Source of the DNA: Planctomycetota bacterium
GTDB taxonomy: Bacteria; Planctomycetota; B15-G4
Length of the DNA stretch: 64,000 bases
Assembly: GCA_029245865.1 (NCBI GenBank)
Contig: JAQWOM010000043.1
Location: 76,846 to 140,845 of the forward strand
Direction: 5' to 3'
Shown: positions 29,336 through 38,251 of the stretch, piece by piece
Numbering within the stretch: position 1 is the stretch's first letter
How the letters are laid out: every line of letters begins with the position of its first letter
Made by a program: the position numbers and the translations under genes
Notes under the pieces: generated by a model
Told to the model about the DNA's origin: nothing
What the model saw: the letters and a program-made list of their open reading frames with translations, nothing else
Databases searched by the model: none

Positions 29336-32300
29336 AAGGGATGACGATCGAGTTGATGATCGGCGGTTGCGTGGAGTTGGGCGCGACACCGAAGCTCGCC
29401 CGGAACTTGATGTAGGTGTACTCATCATCCGGGCCACTGAGATCGACGGTGAAGTTGGGCTCATCGGAACGGACGTAACCCGACTCCAGCGTGGGCGCCG
29501 CGAAGTTCAACTGGCGGCCAGCACGGAAATCAACGGCCAGCGACGCAGCAGGATCGACGTCGGCAACTGGCGGATGAATGATGGGCCGCTGGTAGCGAGC
29601 CGTGGTTCCATCCACTTCGATCGTGGGTGATTCGATCACCGAAACGCGCTTCTTGTACTTCCACATCATGTAGTAGCGGCTGTTGTCACCAAAACGCGAG
29701 GGAGGAGCCGTCATGCCTGGCTCGTTCGAGATGACGGTGGGCGCGGTGTTCGAGAACCCCTCATTGAAAGGAATATCACACGGGTCAGCACCCGGCCCGA
29801 TGGCCCCTGGTGGAGGTCCGTACCCGAAGAAGAAGGTCGGCGGCTGCCCGGTCGGCCCCGGAAACGACGTGGGGTCCGGAAGCGGATTCATGAGCATGCC
29901 GTTGGCGTAGTAGTAGTTCGTCTCTGGCAAGACGTTGCCCCCGGGCAAGGTCGTGATGCAGCAGAGGTCGTCGTCATAGACGCCGTTCAGCGGACCGAAC
30001 GACTCGGGGCCTGTGTAGCTCGGTGTGGGTTGAATGGCGATCGTGTCGCCTCCGGCACAGTCCGGAGATTCGGGAATCTTCGGTGGCGTGATGTAGTCAA
30101 TGGGCAATTGGGTCGGCATGCCGTTGTGAAGACCCTGAGGTGCCACGGCCGAGGTGTAGGAACCAGGCTTGAGCAGAGGGCCACCCTCGCCCGCATGCAA
30201 GTAGTTGAGCTGCTTGGGGCAGGTCGCAATCCCAATCGACCAGTTGGGTGCGTTGTAGGCTGCCGGGTGCTGACCCTGACTCCAGATACGGAAGCGAGGC
30301 AACACGGAGGTCAGGATGCCGGGCGAGAACCGATACACATTGCCAGGAGGAGGCGATTCGTTGGGACCGATGGAATACTCGATGAGCATCGGGAAGCGGC
30401 TGTCGTACGGGAAAGAGAAGACATCCTCTTTGCCGAAAAACGGGTCGAGTCCCGCATTGAAGTCCGGATAGTCCAGATAGAGGTTGAACGCACCAGGCGT
30501 TGACCCTGCGTTCGTCGGCTTGAACAGGTTGGTCGGACTCAGCGTGTAGGCCGTTCCGCGCTGAACAACGGTTGTCGTCTCTGGCTGGGGGTTCTTCTCC
30601 AGTTGTGCCTCCAGGTTGTTGGTCAGGCCTTGTCCCTCTCCAATGCAGCAGTTGTCGAAATGCTCAAGACGGTTGCAGTCAAAGTTCCTGTCCAGGCCTG
30701 AATCATCGTCGGCAGGAATTCCGTTGGTCTGATTCGTGTTGGGCCCGCGGCCTCTGTTCGCACCACCGAGACCGACGAGGAGTTCGAAATCGTCCAGCAC
30801 CGTGGGAAACACGACGTCATCGAACGGGGACCAGGCCAGACCCACCAGATCGAGAGTCACGCCGGCGAAAGACGTCTGGGACGGCGAGGCATCACCTGCA
30901 CGGTAGACATGCTGGAAGCGCGCACCGAAACCCGAGTTGATCGGCGTTCCTGCGCCAAAGCCCAGCGACACCAGCAAATCTTCCCCGTTCGGCGACGCCC
31001 AGGCCGAAGGTTTGGGGGGATTGTTGTTGTCGATCAGGTGCTGAATGACAGCTGCCGGCGCACCGGTGAGCCAACCGGGAATGTTCAGGCCGACCTCCGT
31101 CACCTGCGGGCCGTAGATGAAACGCCGCTCTGGAATGCCGTTGTCGTCTGAATCGATCGGAGGGTAATCGTTGTATTCGACCCCAGACGTCACGCTGTCA
31201 TGCACGCTGCCCTCTGGGTAAGTGATGTTTGCTGTCAGCGGCTGCCCAAGGAAGCGGTGCACAATCACGCCGTAGTCGGGATCGCTGCTCGGCAAGGTGT
31301 CAAAGGTCATCGAGTTGTCGATCGCCGGCGGGAAGGCCCCTCGCGAGGGGCTCGTCGGCACGAGAAAGAAGTTCTCGGTGTCCCCCTGGTCGAGAAGGGC
31401 TGCGGGAAGGCCGAGCCCTCGACCACCCACATTGATGCAGCCCGTGATGCCCAAGGTGTTCAGGTCATCCAGTTGAGCCAGCACTTCGGGAGTTGCCGTG
31501 GCCGCGATCTCGTCAATCGTGGACTGAGGAGGAAGCGTACGCACCACGAGACGGAGTTGGCTGGCGGTACCACCAAAGCCAACGAAACGCGAGTTGGATG
31601 TTTCAACCTGATCTTCAAGGTAAGGCTGGAACTCCATCACGGACCCATTGTCCAGGGCCACCGTCCGCCCCAGTCGCATGTCCCTGAATGCGCTATCGGT
31701 CGGAGACAAAGAACCGTCCGCGACATAAAAAGACTCGTAAGGATCGAAGCTCGCGACGTCCATGCCCTCGCTGAACTGGAGACGCAACGACGTGCGAGGC
31801 GGAACAGCAAGGAAAGTCGACGTCGCTGCATTCCAGTGATTCAGACGCTCCTCTCCGAACTCATCGAACATGCGTACGAAATACCGCAGATCGCTGTTGA
31901 ACTGATCCTGAGGATCGTTCGGATCACGCGGGACGCTCTCTGGGTCGACCGTGATCGCCGCAAGGCTGACCGGATCGCTGGGAAAAGGAGGCGGAATGGG
32001 CTCGAAGAATTCGCTTCGTGACACGGTGTAGGCATCACCCACATTCGTGTCCACAGCAAGAGACTGCCCCGGCGCCAGCCTGAAGACGGCGTCGCCCCCG
32101 GAATTGAAGTTCGACTCCAGGACGTACTGGGTGGTGCCCTCGAAGGATTCCACTTCCATCAATCCGTTGGCCCATTCGCCCTCACCGTCATTCGCGCTGG
32201 TGTTCGGAAGCTGAGCCAGCGAGTCATCGCGGAGCTCAAACTGTCCACCCACAAAGTCGAGAGAAGACAGTGAACTCGACAGGACCACACGACGAATGAT

Positions 32301-33152
32301 GCGAGGAGCTGTGAGATCGGGCAGGAATCCGTTGAACGACACCGCGCCGTCATCTGTCTGCAACACGATCGCGTCGAGTGCGCTGTTCCCCGTGTTGACC
32401 GGAAGTGGGCGCACCAGACTCCCAAGCTTGTCATCTCGTGTCTGAATGGGCAGGCCCGAGACGGACTCCAACGCGCCACCTCCGACACTTCCGCTCACGA
32501 CGGCTCTCAGGAATCCCGTGGAATCCTCCACGGCCGTTCCCGTCTGGTCAAAAACCAGCGGGCTGGCTTCAAACCCAAGACTCTCGCTCGTGATGCCGAC
32601 GATCACCACCTGGTTTCCCACCACGAACGCGCGAGACGGAATGACGGCCCCAGACTTACGTTGCAATTGAACCGTGCTCAGAGGACCGAGCCGATTCGTT
32701 TCCCCCTCGGCCGTCGGCGACAGCAAAGCGAGACTCGCCTCCGACACCGGCATGGAGAACTCAAGAATCAAAGCGGCATTGCGAGGCAGCAATGGAATCT
32801 GCGGCGTGAGCGGATCCAAGATCTGAGCCAAGCTGAGCGACGCGAGAGAGGAAAGCGAGGCTCCTTCGGTGAGCACCTTGGGAAAGCCCGGCAAGACAAC
32901 ACCGGTGAGCGGGTCGATCTCGTAGAGCGAGGCTGGGTTCACCAAGTTCAAGAGTTCGCCCTGCAGATCCAAGATGGGCCGCGCAAAGGCTGCGCCCGTC
33001 AGGAAGAAGTCGACATCCGGATCCAGAGGTGTCGAGCCTCCAGTGCTTCCACCACCACCACCACCACCCCCGCCACCACCACCACCACCACATGCCGCCA
33101 GCAGCCCAAACATGGCCGCGACAAGGGCTCGACTGAGCAGGGACTGTGACAT
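29319..33152 (-). CDS. giant surface lipoprotein paralog A (lipobox LAAC followed by a G15 tract)
   Basis: ATG at 33152 with GGAG 8 nt upstream. Signal peptide MSQSLLSRALVAAMFGLLAAC, then GGGGGGGGGGGGGGGSTGGS. About 1277 aa, rich in G/D/P/S/T. Shares the C-terminal motif RPIIHP with paralog B (RLPVIHP). Confidence 0.7.
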   Translation of the reverse strand: MSQSLLSRALVAAMFGLLAACGGGGGGGGGGGGGGSTGGSTPLDPDVDFFLTGAAFARPILDLQGELLNLVNPASLYEIDPLTGVVLPGFPKVLTEGASLSSLASLSLAQILDPLTPQIPLLPRNAALILEFSMPVSEASLALLSPTAEGETNRLGPLSTVQLQRKSGAVIPSRAFVVGNQVVIVGITSESLGFEASPLVFDQTGTAVEDSTGFLRAVVSGSVGGGALESVSGLPIQTRDDKLGSLVRPLPVNTGNSALDAIVLQTDDGAVSFNGFLPDLTAPRIIRRVVLSSSLSSLDFVGGQFELRDDSLAQLPNTSANDGEGEWANGLMEVESFEGTTQYVLESNFNSGGDAVFRLAPGQSLAVDTNVGDAYTVSRSEFFEPIPPPFPSDPVSLAAITVDPESVPRDPNDPQDQFNSDLRYFVRMFDEFGEERLNHWNAATSTFLAVPPRTSLRLQFSEGMDVASFDPYESFYVADGSLSPTDSAFRDMRLGRTVALDNGSVMEFQPYLEDQVETSNSRFVGFGGTASQLRLVVRTLPPQSTIDEIAATATPEVLAQLDDLNTLGITGCINVGGRGLGLPAALLDQGDTENFFLVPTSPSRGAFPPAIDNSMTFDTLPSSDPDYGVIVHRFLGQPLTANITYPEGSVHDSVTSGVEYNDYPPIDSDDNGIPERRFIYGPQVTEVGLNIPGWLTGAPAAVIQHLIDNNNPPKPSAWASPNGEDLLVSLGFGAGTPINSGFGARFQHVYRAGDASPSQTSFAGVTLDLVGLAWSPFDDVVFPTVLDDFELLVGLGGANRGRGPNTNQTNGIPADDDSGLDRNFDCNRLEHFDNCCIGEGQGLTNNLEAQLEKNPQPETTTVVQRGTAYTLSPTNLFKPTNAGSTPGAFNLYLDYPDFNAGLDPFFGKEDVFSFPYDSRFPMLIEYSIGPNESPPPGNVYRFSPGILTSVLPRFRIWSQGQHPAAYNAPNWSIGIATCPKQLNYLHAGEGGPLLKPGSYTSAVAPQGLHNGMPTQLPIDYITPPKIPESPDCAGGDTIAIQPTPSYTGPESFGPLNGVYDDDLCCITTLPGGNVLPETNYYYANGMLMNPLPDPTSFPGPTGQPPTFFFGYGPPPGAIGPGADPCDIPFNEGFSNTAPTVISNEPGMTAPPSRFGDNSRYYMMWKYKKRVSVIESPTIEVDGTTARYQRPIIHPPVADVDPAASLAVDFRAGRQLNFAAPTLESGYVRSDEPNFTVDLSGPDDEYTYIKFRASFGVAPNSTQPPIINSIVIPYEKLD
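33045..33089 (-). repeat. (CCN)15 / Gly15 coding tract after the lipobox Cys of giant paralog A
   Basis: Plus strand ccaccaccaccaccacccccgccaccaccaccaccaccac; encodes 15 consecutive Gly. Confidence 0.85.
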
Positions 33153-33495
33153 CACATCACTCCGGTGATTCATGCGATTCATGGCGATAGGTGCGATTCG
33201 TCTGGAACAGCGGCCCCTCGCAAAGGAAGACCTCCATCTAAAGAAGAGGATACCCGTGCGTTTCCGACTGACCATACGCGTGCCTTGAAGGATCGAGGGA
33301 ATCAGCCGTCCGGAGGATTCAGAAGGGGGAAGGCGGCCTGGAACCCGCCCAGGATACCCTTTCAAGCTGCTCTCTGCCTTGACGAAGAGCGCCCACAAGG
33401 CCTGACAGAGCCGCACAGGGCGTCGGCCGAATCACAGGGTTCTCGGGCTCCACCAGGGCTCCACCAGGGCAACGCCACCGGCCACCGACATCCAC

Positions 33496-34464
33496 CTAGG
33501 GAGAAGCCGCCCATGAGTCCCGTACTTGCCTCAAGAACCCCCGGAACCCGGAATCCAGCGGGGCCAGCACGTCGTCTCGCGCATCGCCCGTAATTCCCAG
33601 CGCCGCCACGATCCGGGCCCTGAGCGCCTCGACGCCATATCCCGTCTTTCCGGACACTCCGGGCGGCCCGCCTCCGTCCGCATCATCCACCTTGCCCTGC
33701 ACGCGAAGCAGCAAGGCCTTGGCAGGGCATCTGGCCAACAAAATCTCGTCGGAAGACTGCAGCACATGCACGAGGAGGTCGGCTCCTGGTCGCTGGATCT
33801 CGTGCTCAGCTCCCCCCTCCGTATCCTCCAGCACCACCATGACGCCGTTCATCTGAGTCACGGCCGTGACCGCATCCCGCGTCGTGCCGGCCATCGGCGA
33901 CACCAGGGCGCGGTCTTCCATGAGCAAAGCATTGAAGAGCGTGCTCTTGCCGACATTCGGCAAACCCACGAGACGCACCGTGGGCGGATGCTCCAGATGC
34001 CGCGCCAGAAGAGCATGAGCGAGCGCGCCGTGAATCGCTTCTCGTAAGGCATCTTCACGACCACCGCGAGCCACGACCTTTTCCAGTTCGTGAAGGGCGC
34101 CATGAAGTCGGCTGGCCCGCGCCCGAGCAGCCCGCAGGCCCGGCACAATCGAGAGCCCTGAGGAATCCGTGGGTCGCTCCTGCGCGCCTTCTTCAGCGCC
34201 GAGGCCCTCGAGCACAGCTGCGACGACGGCAGCCCCGCCATGCACATGCAGTTCGGCCCCCGATTCCCTTCCAAGAACCAACACATCATCGACATCGCGG
34301 CCATCGACTTGGAGGCGCGCTCTGACGAAACGCCCTGGCGCGGGCCAGGCCAGACGATGACCGGCTCTGTTCGCAAGCTGAACGGCCTCGCCTGGCACAC
34401 CTTCCAGAACGATCACCGCCACAGCTGCAACGCCCGCCGGGGTGAGAACGGTTGCCCGGGTCAC
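33496..34464 (-). CDS. MnmE/TrmE-like GTPase, C-terminally truncated (lacks the C(I/L/V)GK catalytic tail)
   Basis: N-terminal domain and G domain align to MnmE (...HVHGGAAVVAAVL...; GLPNVGKSTLFNALL...AGTTRD...DTEGG...). The protein ends ~30 aa after the G domain with no CxGK. GTG start at 34464 overlaps the coaX stop (GTGA). Confidence 0.6.
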   Translation of the reverse strand: MTRATVLTPAGVAAVAVIVLEGVPGEAVQLANRAGHRLAWPAPGRFVRARLQVDGRDVDDVLVLGRESGAELHVHGGAAVVAAVLEGLGAEEGAQERPTDSSGLSIVPGLRAARARASRLHGALHELEKVVARGGREDALREAIHGALAHALLARHLEHPPTVRLVGLPNVGKSTLFNALLMEDRALVSPMAGTTRDAVTAVTQMNGVMVVLEDTEGGAEHEIQRPGADLLVHVLQSSDEILLARCPAKALLLRVQGKVDDADGGGPPGVSGKTGYGVEALRARIVAALGITGDARDDVLAPLDSGFRGFLRQVRDSWAASP

Positions 34465-35219
34465 ACCTGCTCGCCGGCCCAGAGACGGAGACCTCGGTGC
34501 ACGAGAGCTTCGTCCCAATCGACTGCTCGTTCGGAAAAGAGCGAGGCCTTGGCTCCGGCTACGGACGTATGACGACTTGCGGCAAGCCAAGCGCGCCCCC
34601 ACCCCCCGGTCACGCAGAGCCTGGCCTCCTTCTCGCCCAGGCTGCTGAACGCGGCTTCCACGAGATGGTCCACACCGCCAACAGCCAGTCCCCAGACCCC
34701 TCCGGACAGTGCCCCCATGGTTTCCAGCCCGGGAGTCGGGCGGCCACCCTCGAGAGCAGCCGTCGAGATCAAGGGCAAAGCCGGTGCATGTGCATGCAAG
34801 CCGGCAAACGCCGCGGCTGGGCCCGGCGCAATGAATCCACCACGAAACACACCCTCCCGATCCACGAGATCCACCGTCACAGCAGTTCCCGCGTCAACAA
34901 CGACCACCGGGCCTGGGAGCGCCCCGAGCACGGTGGCCAAGCGGTCAGCCCCGGTCGACTCGGCGAGAGACTCACAGGCCAACGGTACGGGAGCATCTTC
35001 TAGATGGCGCAAGGTCGCCTTGCCGCGCTGGGCGACCGCCTCCGCAAGCGCCTCCCAGCGTGACTCGGAGACGGTGATCCCAACGGCCTCACCCACGAGA
35101 ATCTCGGCCGCTTCGAGCGGATCTGCCACGCGCGTCACCACGACACGCTCGCCCTCCCACCTCCCGACGCCGAGCGACGAGTTGCCGACGTCCACCGTCA
35201 GCACATCATGCCGAGGCAT
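34461..35219 (-). CDS. coaX: type III pantothenate kinase
   Basis: MPRHDVLTVDVGNSSLGVG..., the ASKHA-fold N-terminal DxGNT-like motif; CoaX length and ...DAGTAVTVD... block. Confidence 0.8.
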   Translation of the reverse strand: MPRHDVLTVDVGNSSLGVGRWEGERVVVTRVADPLEAAEILVGEAVGITVSESRWEALAEAVAQRGKATLRHLEDAPVPLACESLAESTGADRLATVLGALPGPVVVVDAGTAVTVDLVDREGVFRGGFIAPGPAAAFAGLHAHAPALPLISTAALEGGRPTPGLETMGALSGGVWGLAVGGVDHLVEAAFSSLGEKEARLCVTGGWGRAWLAASRHTSVAGAKASLFSERAVDWDEALVHRGLRLWAGEQV

Positions 35220-35271
35220 GGCATCTTCCCCCCGTCATGGATCGCAGGGTGATCGCAGGGTCACGGACCTG

Positions 35272-36297
35272 TTACTTGTCCTTGTTCTTGTTGTGGATGA
35301 CCGTGGTCTCTTCAACCCCAAGCCGCTCCCACAGGACGATGTACTGGGGCTCCTCAGGATGGTTCTTGCCCCAGTTAATGCCTTCCGCGACGGAACTCAT
35401 CGGGTGACCGTTGACAGAGATGATGCGATCACCCGTCTTGAATCCAAAGCGGGCTGGCATCGAACCTTCTTCAACGTCTGTCAGTTCGATCGACGTGCGC
35501 CCACCACCGGAAGGCGTGATCGACCGAGCTCTGACCTGTGACTGGAGTTGGTCTCCTCCATCGGCGAACTCTCGCAAATCGTTTTCACCGAAGACCCAAC
35601 TGCCATCGATCCGCTGAATCGAATCCGCAGGCCATTCATCAAATTCGCTGTTGAGATCCACGGCCGCCGCAAAGGTGATCTGGTCGATCGGCAAACCATC
35701 TCCGCTCGAGTCCAGCCCCGGGGTGAGCGTGACTTCCTCGGCCCCCCACTGGAAGGCAACATCCTGGTGCCCGATGCGAAGGACTTTGCCGAAGTAAGGA
35801 GCTTCGTCGTAAGGCGCCTTCAGCAACTCACCTTCGGTGAGATGAAGTCGACGTCGCTTGCCCGAGGACTCGAGACCGAAGCTGCTGTCGTCCTTCACGT
35901 ACTCCAACGCGATCAGTCGGTAGATCGGATCTTCGTGCCACAGCACCATGCCGACCGCCACGATCTCGTCGAGTTTTTCGAGCTGCACTTCCTTCGGCTT
36001 GTTTGAGCCGTCTTGCCCCGTGCCAGGTTTCTTGGCAACAGGCTCCACCGAACCGTCAATCCGGGCCTTCCAGATCTGCTCGTAGTCCGCCACGGCATAC
36101 GACGTGGGCCCCGCATTGAAGCTCCTGTCTGCCTCGATATCCCGGTTCAGAACTTCACTGAAATAGGTGCTTGGCCTGGACTGATAGCGAAGCTCTTGGG
36201 TCTTGCCCTGGTAGATATCCCAGAAGGTCCACCCGGCCAGCAACAACGCCAGGCAAGCGGCCAGCCAGAGCAGACTTTTGAGCTTCCGGATGTTCAT
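35272..36297 (-). CDS. membrane-anchored PDZ domain protein
   Basis: N-terminal TM anchor (MNIRKLKSLLWLAACLALLLAGW) and C-terminal PDZ-like segment (...FGFKTGDRIISVNGHPMSS...). Confidence 0.5.
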   Translation of the reverse strand: MNIRKLKSLLWLAACLALLLAGWTFWDIYQGKTQELRYQSRPSTYFSEVLNRDIEADRSFNAGPTSYAVADYEQIWKARIDGSVEPVAKKPGTGQDGSNKPKEVQLEKLDEIVAVGMVLWHEDPIYRLIALEYVKDDSSFGLESSGKRRRLHLTEGELLKAPYDEAPYFGKVLRIGHQDVAFQWGAEEVTLTPGLDSSGDGLPIDQITFAAAVDLNSEFDEWPADSIQRIDGSWVFGENDLREFADGGDQLQSQVRARSITPSGGGRTSIELTDVEEGSMPARFGFKTGDRIISVNGHPMSSVAEGINWGKNHPEEPQYIVLWERLGVEETTVIHNKNKDK

Positions 36298-36408
36298 GCT
36301 GGTATCAGTCGCTCGCTGGGGACAAGAAACGGCCTGGTCTGAGGGGTCAGATTGCCGGGCCAAGCGGCATCAATCAACCGCCCCGTCAGCCTTGGACGGC
36401 GCCGAGAA

Positions 36409-37413
36409 TCAACTCTTCCCGTCTTCCCGGGACTGGATCAACAAAAGGCTCAGATCATCGAGGATCTCCGAAACCCCCTCTCCGGTCTGAGACGAGAGGA
36501 TATGGACCCGGCTGCCTGAGGCCGTTTCCAGAGCCTTCGCCACGGCGGACGGGTCCTCCACGGTGTCCGCCCGGGAGACCGCCAGGACACACGGACGCTC
36601 ATTCAGGCCATAACCAGATTGAGCCAGTTCTGTGCGAATCGTCTGCCAATCGACAAGGGCCTGTTCTGGGCCCACCATGGCATCGACCAGATGCAACAGG
36701 ACACGCGTACGCTGCACATGGCGAAGAAAACGGTCGCCCAGGCCGGCGCCCTCGTGCGCTCCTTCCACTAACCCCGGAATATCGGCGATGACCAGGCCAT
36801 CGTCATTTCGGGAGACGAGACCCAGCACCGGCTCGAGAGTGGTGAATGGATAGTCCGCCACCTTGGGGCGCGCTGCAGACACGCGCCGGAGAAAAGTGGA
36901 CTTGCCAGCATTTGGTAGGCCGACCAACCCCGCATCCGCCACAAGCCGCAACTCGAGCTTGAGCCCACGGGTTTCGCCCAGCTGGCCCTGGCTCGCTCGG
37001 CGAGGCACCTGGTTCGTCGGCCCCGCAAAGTGCTTGTTCCCCCGGCCGCCTGCCCCGCCAGCCACCATGACGACTTCGAGATCGGCCTCGTCGAGGTCCC
37101 GCAGCACGTGACCCCGCTGAGCATCCCGGACAAGAGTGCCTACGGGCACGTCAATGATCAGATCTTCACCCGCACGGCCGTGCTTCAAACTGCTGCCACC
37201 CGGAGCACCTTTTTGCGCCCGATAATGTCGGCCGTGCTGAATGCCAGCCAGCGTGTTGCGGTTGCTCACCGCTCGCAGAATGACATCCCCTCCCTTGCCG
37301 CCGTTCCCTCCGTCAGGGCCACCCCGGGGAATGTATTTCTCCCGCCGGAAAGACACCATGCCGGCCCCGCCCGGACCGGAGGAGACCGTGATTTCGGTCT
37401 CGTCGATGAACAT
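36409..37413 (-). CDS. obg: GTPase Obg/CgtA
   Basis: Obg fold N-terminus MFIDETEITVSSGPGGAGMVSFRREKYIPRGGPDGGNGGKGGDV plus G domain GLPNAGKST...DIPGLVEGA. Confidence 0.85.
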   Translation of the reverse strand: MFIDETEITVSSGPGGAGMVSFRREKYIPRGGPDGGNGGKGGDVILRAVSNRNTLAGIQHGRHYRAQKGAPGGSSLKHGRAGEDLIIDVPVGTLVRDAQRGHVLRDLDEADLEVVMVAGGAGGRGNKHFAGPTNQVPRRASQGQLGETRGLKLELRLVADAGLVGLPNAGKSTFLRRVSAARPKVADYPFTTLEPVLGLVSRNDDGLVIADIPGLVEGAHEGAGLGDRFLRHVQRTRVLLHLVDAMVGPEQALVDWQTIRTELAQSGYGLNERPCVLAVSRADTVEDPSAVAKALETASGSRVHILSSQTGEGVSEILDDLSLLLIQSREDGKS

Positions 37414-37482
37414 GAATCAGGCCGCGAAGGTCAGCGCGGAAGGGCCGGAGAACTCGTTCTCCCATCCCTCCGCAGAGGAATG

Positions 37483-37737
37483 TCAGGAAGCCGCAGCAAC
37501 CGGATCAATATGCACCCGGCGACGCGTTCCAAAGCGAACGACTCCGTCGGTCAGCGCAAACAAGGTGTAGTCACGCCCAAGGCCCACGTTGAAGCCGGGG
37601 TGAAATCTCGTTCCGAGTTGACGCACAAGGATCGTACCTGCCGTCACCTTCTGACCGCCGTAGCGCTTGATTCCGCGGTGCTGCGGATTGCTGTCACGCC
37701 CGTTCCGTGTGGAGCCCTGCCCCTTCTTATGTGCCAT
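37483..37737 (-). CDS. rpmA: 50S ribosomal protein L27
   Basis: [31 protein letters not shown]..., canonical L27. Confidence 0.9.
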   Translation of the reverse strand: MAHKKGQGSTRNGRDSNPQHRGIKRYGGQKVTAGTILVRQLGTRFHPGFNVGLGRDYTLFALTDGVVRFGTRRRVHIDPVAAAS

Positions 37738-37770
37738 GTTGTCGTACCGCCTGCTCGGGGGTGGGTGCTG

Positions 37771-38073
37771 TCACTGGGTAATGGAGGTAATCGTCAAGCG
37801 TGTGTAGTTCTGGCGATGGCCCATCCGGCGCCGATAATCCTTACGGCGACGAAATTTCTCAACGCGCAGCTTCTTGTCCCGAAAGTGCTCTGCCACGACA
37901 CCCTTGACAGCGGCGCCGTCCACAGTGGGCTGACCGAAGGTCTGCCCGACTGCGAGGATTCTGTCGAACACAACTTCCGAGCCGGGTTCGGCGTCGGGCA
38001 TGTGATCGACGACCAGCGAGTCGCCGTCCTGGACGACGTACTGACGCCCGCGATCATTGATGATGGCCTGCAC
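37771..38073 (-). CDS. rplU: 50S ribosomal protein L21
   Basis: GTG start giving VQAIINDRGRQYVVQDGDSL...; L21 family; rplU-rpmA-obg order conserved. Confidence 0.8.
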   Translation of the reverse strand: MQAIINDRGRQYVVQDGDSLVVDHMPDAEPGSEVVFDRILAVGQTFGQPTVDGAAVKGVVAEHFRDKKLRVEKFRRRKDYRRRMGHRQNYTRLTITSITQ

Positions 38074-38251
38074 GGCTAAACTCCACAGCACTTGCGTGAC
38101 ACACTTGCTTTCAGCTTCCGATCCTTCTGGAAGGAAGGCGACATATCCTACGGACCACTTCCGGCCGGTCAAGCCAGCAAGCGGCCTCTTTCACAGGACG
38201 GCCCCTCACCCCCGAGGCCCTCCAGAGTCCCAATGGCTCACGATTCGTCGA

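Noticed and set aside
17430-32021. Multiple 250-390-aa plus-strand ORFs inside the giant lipoprotein genes (e.g. 17430-18278, 20397-21320, 25370-26545, 31200-32021)
   Set aside because: All are antisense to continuous, signal-peptide-bearing giant ORFs. They have arginine-rich nonsense composition and no start context.
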